Of a DNA stretch of 64,000 nt, positions 57,537-64,000 are shown one piece after another. The notes beneath the pieces were generated by a model. The model saw nothing but the letters and a program-made list of their open reading frames with translations. It was not told where the DNA came from and made no database searches. Location: NCBI GenBank assembly GCA_963675595.2, contig CAXXLZ010000001.1, positions 1,632,001-1,696,000 on the forward strand. The letters are read 5' to 3'. The stretch comes from Thermodesulfobacteriota bacterium (lineage in GTDB: Bacteria > Desulfobacterota > Desulfarculia > JACQYL01). Position 1 is the stretch's first letter. Every line of letters begins with the position of its first letter. Both the position numbers and the translations under genes were made by a program.

Positions 57537-58502
57537 TTAACCGTGGGAAAATATCCCCATCACTCGAATTGCGGCCGGTCCCATGATAACCACGAACAAT
57601 GCGGGAAAAATGAAAAACATTAGAGGAAACAACAGCTTGACCGGGAGAGTCGCCGCCTTGGTTTCCGCCTTCTGGTATCGTTTCGTTCTAAGAGAATCCG
57701 ACGCTACGCGCAAAGTCTGCGCGACGCTCAGGCCGAACAAGTCGGATTGAATGAGCAGGGTCGTCAGGCTGGTCACCTCCTCCAATCCCACCCTTGTGGC
57801 AAGATCCTTCAAAGCCTGCTTCCGCTGCTTTCCGGCACGAAGCTCCAAAGTGAGAAGTCTCAACTCATCATGCAAGGCGGCATGATCGGACATACGGTAC
57901 TCATCCCCGACACGATGGATGGCCTGATCGAGTCCCAAACCGGACTCTACGCAGACCACCAACAAGTCCAGAGCGTCGGGAAGCTCTTTCATGATCAGTG
58001 TTTTACGCTTCGCCACTCTATAGCTCAGCCAGAAGTCGGGAAGGTAGAAACCGCATAGCGCGGAGATGATGACCAGCAAAGACTGAATGGTGAAATTCAG
58101 AGCGCTTCCCACGAGGAACATGAAGCCGAATGTAAGCCCGGAGTACAGAAGCATGAAGGCGCATTTGACTCCCCAGAAGATCAGACCCGAGTTGGGGCCT
58201 CGGAATCCCGCCTGCATCAAACGCAGGCGATCGCGCGAAAGTTCCTTCCGGTCTTTGGAGGCGAAGAGTTTGCCCAACTGGTGCACCAAGCCCAGAAATT
58301 GCTCCTTGAGTGCGCTTAAGATCGACTTCGATCTTCTGGAGCCTGATTTGCCTCTCTTACCTCCGCTGCCGGCGGAAACCCGATTCTTGATCCGGCTCAG
58401 CCGGTCCAGGTAGCCGTTGTATTCCAACAGCCCCAGACAGAGTAGAAGTACGGCGAAAAAGGCGAGCAACGAAGACAGTAAAGGTGCACTTGATGCGATC
58501 AT
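57537..58502 (-). CDS. tadC: Tad pilus inner-membrane protein TadC
   Basis: LPDALDLLVVCVESGLGLDQA and KLLFPL motifs. Confidence 0.9.
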   Translation of the reverse strand: MIASSAPLLSSLLAFFAVLLLCLGLLEYNGYLDRLSRIKNRVSAGSGGKRGKSGSRRSKSILSALKEQFLGLVHQLGKLFASKDRKELSRDRLRLMQAGFRGPNSGLIFWGVKCAFMLLYSGLTFGFMFLVGSALNFTIQSLLVIISALCGFYLPDFWLSYRVAKRKTLIMKELPDALDLLVVCVESGLGLDQAIHRVGDEYRMSDHAALHDELRLLTLELRAGKQRKQALKDLATRVGLEEVTSLTTLLIQSDLFGLSVAQTLRVASDSLRTKRYQKAETKAATLPVKLLFPLMFFIFPALFVVIMGPAAIRVMGIFSHG

Positions 58503-58523
58503 TCGGGAGTCCTTTCCCGGGAA

Positions 58524-59486
58524 TCAGACTTTGATGGCGACCATTTTCTTGATCACGACAATACCTACCGCCATAAAAGCAAGGGTACCGGCGATAATCT
58601 TATTCCCCAACGGATGATCAATCAGCTCTTGTAAGTAACCGGGATTCATGGTGTTAAACAAGACCACGACGCCGAAAGGCAGAAGGATGAGTATGAGAGC
58701 GGACAGTCGTCCCTCGGCCGACAAGACCTGTATACGCCCTTTCAGCTTGAATCGCTCTCGGATAATGTGGGCGATGTTGGCAATGATTTCGGCCAAGTTT
58801 CCTCCGGTCTCCCGTTGGATGTTGACGCAGATTATGAAAAACTTGAGGTCCATGCAGTCGACGCGTTCCACTAGCTTCTCGAGGGCAACTTCCATAGATA
58901 CACCGAAGTTGATCTCATCCAGCGTTTTTCCGAACTCGATTCCGATGGGATCTTCGAATTCCTCGGCCACCATGCGCATCCCGTTGAGAAAGGTGTGCCC
59001 CGCGCGCAGAGAACGCGCGATCAGGTCCAAGCCCTCCGGCAACTGAACCTGGAATTTTTCCATTCGGCTCGCCTTCTTACGAATAATCCACACGATGGGC
59101 ATCACCAATACGATAAGTCCAAAAAGCGAGGCGGTGAGGAATCCTAATAAAAAGCTGGTAATGTAGAAGCAGACCACGCCGGCCAAAACTGAGATCGAAA
59201 TGAACGTTGCGGGCTTATAGGAAACCCCGGCCTGCTGAAACAGAAGGTCCAGCCGTTTCATCCAGGATCCGGTGGAAGGAAAAGTGCTGAACCAATTCAG
59301 CTTATTGAAAGCGTCTTTTCGGAGAATGGAAGGAAGACCGCCGAATCCTCCTTCCTCTTTCAGAAGAGCCAACCGCTGTTGGACCGTCCTCCGATCTCCC
59401 CGTCCATAAATCTTGACCAGGGACCACGCCCCATGGACCAAGAAAAATCCTGAAACGGCACAGATCAAAGCGATGAACGTATTCAT
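58524..59486 (-). CDS. tadB: Tad pilus inner-membrane protein TadB
   Basis: QLPEGLDLIARSLRAGH, QRETGGNLAE, LSAEGRLS. Confidence 0.9.
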   Translation of the reverse strand: MNTFIALICAVSGFFLVHGAWSLVKIYGRGDRRTVQQRLALLKEEGGFGGLPSILRKDAFNKLNWFSTFPSTGSWMKRLDLLFQQAGVSYKPATFISISVLAGVVCFYITSFLLGFLTASLFGLIVLVMPIVWIIRKKASRMEKFQVQLPEGLDLIARSLRAGHTFLNGMRMVAEEFEDPIGIEFGKTLDEINFGVSMEVALEKLVERVDCMDLKFFIICVNIQRETGGNLAEIIANIAHIIRERFKLKGRIQVLSAEGRLSALILILLPFGVVVLFNTMNPGYLQELIDHPLGNKIIAGTLAFMAVGIVVIKKMVAIKV

Positions 59487-59500
59487 ATTCGTCGCCTCCG

Positions 59501-60892
59501 CTATCCGAGTCTGCCCGGGTTGAACAGGTTCTGAACAAAGGAGACGCCCTTTGCTTCCAGTAGCTCCGCGAACTTCGGTCTGATGCCCATGGCCTTGAAG
59601 TGACCGACCACCTTCCCGTAATTGTCGACGCCCGTTTGTTCGAAGGCGAAGATTTCCTGCATCGAAATCAGCTCCCCTTCCATTCCGGTGATCTCTTGAA
59701 AACTCATAACTTTTCTGCTGCCGTCGGCCAAACGAGATACCTGAATGATCACGTCGATGGCCGACGCAATATACCTCTTCAGAGATACGCCTGAGATGTT
59801 CAGACCGGCCATGGCCACCATGGTTTCGAGTCTCATGAGAGCCTCACGCGGGCTGTTGGCGTGGATGGTGGCGAGAGAGCCGTCGTGCCCCGTGTTCATC
59901 GCCTGGCACATGTCCAAGGCTTCCGCTCCCCGAACCTCCCCGATGATGATTCGGTCCGGTCGCATCCGCAAGGCATTCTTAACCAAATCCCGTGGGGAGA
60001 CTTCTCCCTTGCCCTCAATGTTCGGCGGCCTGGTTTCCAGCCGGACTACATGGTCCTGCTTGAGCTGAAGTTCGGCGGCGTCTTCTATGGTTACGATTCG
60101 TTCCTTTTGCCCGATAAAGCGAGAAAGCACGTTCAGGAGGGTGGTTTTTCCACTTCCGGTTCCCCCGGAAATCAGCACACTCAGCTTTGATTTGACAATG
60201 GCCTTGACTACTTCTCCCACTTCCGGAGTCAACGAACGGTATCCGATCAAATCGTCGAGCTCCAGAGGGTCCTTGGAAAATTTTCGAATGGAAACCGCGG
60301 CTCCATCTATGGCCAGGGGAGGAATGATCACGTTCACCCGTGAACCGTCGGCCAGACGCGCATCAACCATGGGGGACGCTTCGTCCACTCTGCGGCCCAC
60401 ACGGGAGACGATCCGATCGATGATCTTTCGCAGGTGTGACTCGTCTTTGAAACGCGCCGGGGTCAGTTCCAGGACACCGCCTCGTTCCACGTAAATACTC
60501 CGGTATGTGTTCACCAGAATATCGTTGACCGTGGGATCTTTCAGAAAAGGCTCAAGAGGCCCCAGCCCCAACACTTCGTGCTGGATTTCGGTCATCAAAT
60601 TTCTGCGTTCGGCGGAATTGAGCGGAGCGTGCCTGAACTCTTCTCTTAGAATTCGCTCCACGAGTTTGGCGATCTCGGTATGAAGCTCCTCCTCCGACAG
60701 CTTATCCAGGAGAGAAAGGTCCAGGAGGTCAAGCAGCCGACCGTGAATACTCGTCTTAACTTCATGATACGCGTCATCGTTGGTGGATGGACCCGTGGGT
60801 TCCGTCACCTTGGGTACCGCCTGGGAGACACGGGCATTGTGGGGCTTCATGAAGCCTTCGAGGTTCTTGTTCAGACGAGCGGTCAAATTCAT
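59501..60892 (-). CDS. cpaF: Tad pilus assembly ATPase CpaF/TadA
   Basis: [33 protein letters not shown]. Confidence 0.95.
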   Translation of the reverse strand: MNLTARLNKNLEGFMKPHNARVSQAVPKVTEPTGPSTNDDAYHEVKTSIHGRLLDLLDLSLLDKLSEEELHTEIAKLVERILREEFRHAPLNSAERRNLMTEIQHEVLGLGPLEPFLKDPTVNDILVNTYRSIYVERGGVLELTPARFKDESHLRKIIDRIVSRVGRRVDEASPMVDARLADGSRVNVIIPPLAIDGAAVSIRKFSKDPLELDDLIGYRSLTPEVGEVVKAIVKSKLSVLISGGTGSGKTTLLNVLSRFIGQKERIVTIEDAAELQLKQDHVVRLETRPPNIEGKGEVSPRDLVKNALRMRPDRIIIGEVRGAEALDMCQAMNTGHDGSLATIHANSPREALMRLETMVAMAGLNISGVSLKRYIASAIDVIIQVSRLADGSRKVMSFQEITGMEGELISMQEIFAFEQTGVDNYGKVVGHFKAMGIRPKFAELLEAKGVSFVQNLFNPGRLG

Positions 60893-60916
60893 GGGTCGTT
60901 CTCCGTCTTCCGAGCT

Positions 60917-62101
60917 TTACGCCTGCGCCGCGGGCTGAGTTTTCCGAAAGACCTTGTTCAGGAAAGTGCCCTTCTTCGCCTCCGGAACCTTGGGCACTTT
61001 GGCAAGATGCCTTGCGAGCCCTCCGATTGCCCGAGTGACCGGGGACTTGGGTGCCACTTCGGCCAATGCGGCTCCTTGATTGATGGCGGACAAGGTTGTC
61101 TGGTAATCGTTGGGGATCTGCCAGAGGATCTCCTGCCCCATGATTTCTTCGGCCTCACTCACGCTGATGTCGCTGCCGCTCAGGTGCCGATTGATGACCA
61201 GTTTGATTTTGTCCCCGAGGGTGACGTCGATGCGTCGATACGTCTCCATGAGCTTCTTGGCATTGGCCAAGCAGGGAAGACTCAACACCAACACGAGTAA
61301 AACGACGTCCGACATATCCAGCACCTTGAGCGTGACGTCGTCGAAACCGCTGTCCGCATCCACCACGGTGTGGGTGAAGGCTTCCTTCAGTACGTTGAAA
61401 AGCCCTTCAATTACCTCCCGGTTCATTACCACGTCTTCGTGCCCCGCTCCGGGAGAAGGCAGGACGGACAAGCCGGAGGAATGCACGGACATAATTCCCT
61501 TGAGAAAGGTGGCATCCAAACGGTTCAAGTTTCGGGCCACTTCCCCCCATGTGTACGAGTATTCCAAATCGAGGAAAAGTGGGATGTCCCCCAAGGGATT
61601 ACGCATATCGATCAAGGATGCGGATCTGGATGAAGCACCGTTGAGTTCGTATGCCAAGTTCACCGCAAGGGAACTGGTGCCGATGCCTCCTTTACTGCCC
61701 ACCAGAGTAACCACATTGCCCAGTTTCATCGGACGAACCTTGGCCGCGTTGGCCACGTAGAGCTTATAACGCCTCAAAGCTTGGGAAACGTCTTCAGACT
61801 GAATCGGCTGCGGAAGAAAATCCTTGATCCCCGCACGCATCGCCCGGATCAGCAGATCCGGTTTGGGGTCGGCGGCCGTAATGGCCACCTCTTCCGCGGG
61901 CTTCTCCCCCAACATACGAAGAAGCTTGGAGAGATCCTTTTCGTCGTCCTTACCGATCTCGTAGATCAGCAGACCTTCCGGAGTCACTCCATTCACGGCC
62001 ACGGGAACAAAACCCGGAAAAGATCGTACAAGGTCTTCCAGGGATCGTGCCAGTTCGGGGTTCTTCATCGCCAGTGTGACGGGAGTCGGTTTGGTTTTCA
62101 T
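60917..62101 (-). CDS. cpaE: CpaE/TadZ pilus localisation protein (pseudo-receiver plus MinD-like ATPase)
   Basis: AMRAG; GSKGGIGTSSLAVNLA; IPND. Confidence 0.85.
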   Translation of the reverse strand: MKTKPTPVTLAMKNPELARSLEDLVRSFPGFVPVAVNGVTPEGLLIYEIGKDDEKDLSKLLRMLGEKPAEEVAITAADPKPDLLIRAMRAGIKDFLPQPIQSEDVSQALRRYKLYVANAAKVRPMKLGNVVTLVGSKGGIGTSSLAVNLAYELNGASSRSASLIDMRNPLGDIPLFLDLEYSYTWGEVARNLNRLDATFLKGIMSVHSSGLSVLPSPGAGHEDVVMNREVIEGLFNVLKEAFTHTVVDADSGFDDVTLKVLDMSDVVLLVLVLSLPCLANAKKLMETYRRIDVTLGDKIKLVINRHLSGSDISVSEAEEIMGQEILWQIPNDYQTTLSAINQGAALAEVAPKSPVTRAIGGLARHLAKVPKVPEAKKGTFLNKVFRKTQPAAQA

Positions 62102-62167
62102 AACGCGATCTCTTCCCTCGGTTCCGGGTCCAACGAAAGATCGGGCTCGTTTCCGAGCCCCGATCTC

Positions 62168-62704
62168 TCAGTACTCACAGGGGTGCCAGGGTTCATTCAC
62201 TTTCATGTCCGAACCGTCAAGCACGATTGGGGACGACATTAGACTGCCGACGATGGGGGTGATGGGTTCGTAGTCATAACTCACCACCACCTGCACCGTG
62301 TCACAGGGACCGCCGGCATCACCTTCGTTGGGTGCGCCCCCGGTGTCCATTCCAGGCCAACTCTTGACCTCGATCACGGTGGTTCCCGAAGGCAGCGTGG
62401 AGATCAGTTGACTGGTTTTGTCTACGATCATCTGTATTCTCGTTCCCTCTTCCTCACCCTGTCCGGTAGTGGCGAAACGAGCTCCCGTCTGGGCCGCTTT
62501 CTGGATGGTCAACCAGGCCCTGAACATATTGCCCATTTCGATCGTTCCGAAAATGAACAGGAGTAGGACCGGCAAAAGCATTCCGAACTCGAGGCTAACC
62601 AATCCCGAATCGGGCTTTCTTCCAAAGAAACGCTTTTCGGCATGCTTGGAAGAAACCGGGTGATTTCCGCTTGACCGACTGTTTCGGCGAAATGCAGGGC
62701 ACAT
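62168..62704 (-). CDS. tadE: TadE-family pseudopilin
   Basis: GLVSLEFGMLLPVLLLFIFG...AAQTGAR. ATG at 62704 follows AGGAG. Confidence 0.85.
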   Translation of the reverse strand: MCPAFRRNSRSSGNHPVSSKHAEKRFFGRKPDSGLVSLEFGMLLPVLLLFIFGTIEMGNMFRAWLTIQKAAQTGARFATTGQGEEEGTRIQMIVDKTSQLISTLPSGTTVIEVKSWPGMDTGGAPNEGDAGGPCDTVQVVVSYDYEPITPIVGSLMSSPIVLDGSDMKVNEPWHPCEY

Positions 62705-62717
62705 ATCTCCTGCTCCT

Positions 62718-63992
62718 CTAATTGATGAGTCTCCAACCAAGCTGGCGACCGATAAGCTTGAACACATCGTCGATGTCATCTACGGAAGGGGCGTCGAAAT
62801 AATGATCATCCGTTCCGGGTCTTGAGGACGCGATGGCTTTCATCAAGGCCACATCCGTCCCGTCCGAGACGCCGAATCGGATAGCGAAGATTTCCACGTC
62901 CTCCGCTTTTGCTTGCGCAGCCTCGTCCAGCACGGCCTGATTGAGGCACCCGCCGTCCTCACAATGACAATCCGTGATACCGGCATTATAGTAGGCGTTG
63001 GTCCAATAGTTGTTGGGCGTGTAACCCACCGCGTAGGACCCGTAACAGGAACCGTCTTCGGTGTCTCCGTCGGTGAGCACGATCATGATTTTGTTGAAAT
63101 CCTCAGGCTGACCGCCCTGATCGAATGGAGCTTCCGGCGTGAGCACGTGGCGACCCCACTTGATCCCTTCCGAGATCACCGTACCGGACCAGGTTCCCGA
63201 AGCGGTCTGCGAACTGATGGCCGCCTTTATGGTGTCCTTATCGGTGCTCAAAGCCAACACCTGGGGAATGTCCGAACAGGTGTTGGAGGAGACACGAAGA
63301 GGAGACCAAGGGGGTTTCCGGTAGATGGGAAGCGTGTATTCCGGCCTCAGTCCCTCGTCCAGTGAGCCGTCGGCGTTCCTGCAACCTGCGGGCAGGCCGT
63401 CGACCCCAGGGCCGATTCTCACCTTGCCCACGAAGGGAACCAGTCCAGCCTTAACCGATGCCTCCGTTCCGTCGGGCATGATCAGATCAACCAATGCGGA
63501 CGCGGCCTGATTCACCGCGTTGATCGGTGAACCGGCCATACTTCCCGAGTTGTCCAACACAAAGACGATCTCCATGTTGTTGAAGCCAGCGCAGGCCGAA
63601 GCGTCGATGTACTTGGACTGGATGCCCAACGCTCCCATAAGCATCATATCCACCTCGACCTGAGCTTCCACACAGACACTTCTCACATCGGTTCCGGGCG
63701 AGACGCTCATGACCTCCGCGGTCGGGAGATTGTCCGCCACCATCTCGGTGGCCGCTGAGCTGACCAGCCCTTCAGTCATGTCCGGGTCATAGGGAAGCTG
63801 CAGGCTCCCCGCCAGGGCCGCCGCGTCCACTGCGGTCTGAAGCCTTGAATGCGCAAGGTAGATGTTGCCCATGTCAATGGCCAGGCCCGTCATGCCCAGG
63901 AGCACGGGCATGGCTACCGCAGCCGTAATCGCAACGGAACCCCTGGATCGTTGCCCGGCTCTTTTAGGGGATAGGCATCGTAGTGCTTGCAT
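62718..63992 (-). CDS. tadG: TadG-like pseudopilin with vWA domain
   Basis: GSVAI...LAIDMG...LQTAVDAAALAG; MIDAS motif VLDNSGSM; LTDG. Confidence 0.85.
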   Translation of the reverse strand: MQALRCLSPKRAGQRSRGSVAITAAVAMPVLLGMTGLAIDMGNIYLAHSRLQTAVDAAALAGSLQLPYDPDMTEGLVSSAATEMVADNLPTAEVMSVSPGTDVRSVCVEAQVEVDMMLMGALGIQSKYIDASACAGFNNMEIVFVLDNSGSMAGSPINAVNQAASALVDLIMPDGTEASVKAGLVPFVGKVRIGPGVDGLPAGCRNADGSLDEGLRPEYTLPIYRKPPWSPLRVSSNTCSDIPQVLALSTDKDTIKAAISSQTASGTWSGTVISEGIKWGRHVLTPEAPFDQGGQPEDFNKIMIVLTDGDTEDGSCYGSYAVGYTPNNYWTNAYYNAGITDCHCEDGGCLNQAVLDEAAQAKAEDVEIFAIRFGVSDGTDVALMKAIASSRPGTDDHYFDAPSVDDIDDVFKLIGRQLGWRLIN

Positions 63993-64000
63993 GGAACACC

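Overview
GC-rich bacterial chromosomal window. The gene content suggests a strictly anaerobic deltaproteobacterium (Desulfobacterota-like; inferred, not proven). From left to right: (1) a minus-strand cluster with a MaoC-type dehydratase, a TetR regulator, two BcrB/C (HgdAB)-family subunits and two different ASKHA activator subunits, resembling a class I benzoyl-CoA reductase; (2) an approximately 35 kb stress/dormancy-type region with UPF0182, a PaoABC-like molybdoenzyme, GAPDH, a P-type ATPase, DUF72, CBS, 6xBON, PsiE, PpsA, TreT, split LigD, an EEP protein, PLD-DedA, FtsH, Ldh, OtsB and USP; three of its genes are disrupted (CBS gene with two in-frame TAG codons, ftsH split by a 641-bp IS200-type element whose ends can be resolved, and a clan-A glycoside hydrolase with an in-frame TAA); (3) a multidomain S8 protease; (4) a tightly coupled operon of a GltD/KorC-like flavoprotein, an atypical FAD protein, korA, korB and a Cache protein; (5) MerR-TPR, a metallophosphoesterase, an FGE-fold secreted protein, a hybrid kinase and part of a Tad pilus locus. 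I saw no rRNA, tRNA or CRISPR array. All product calls come from motif recognition; no database searches were run.
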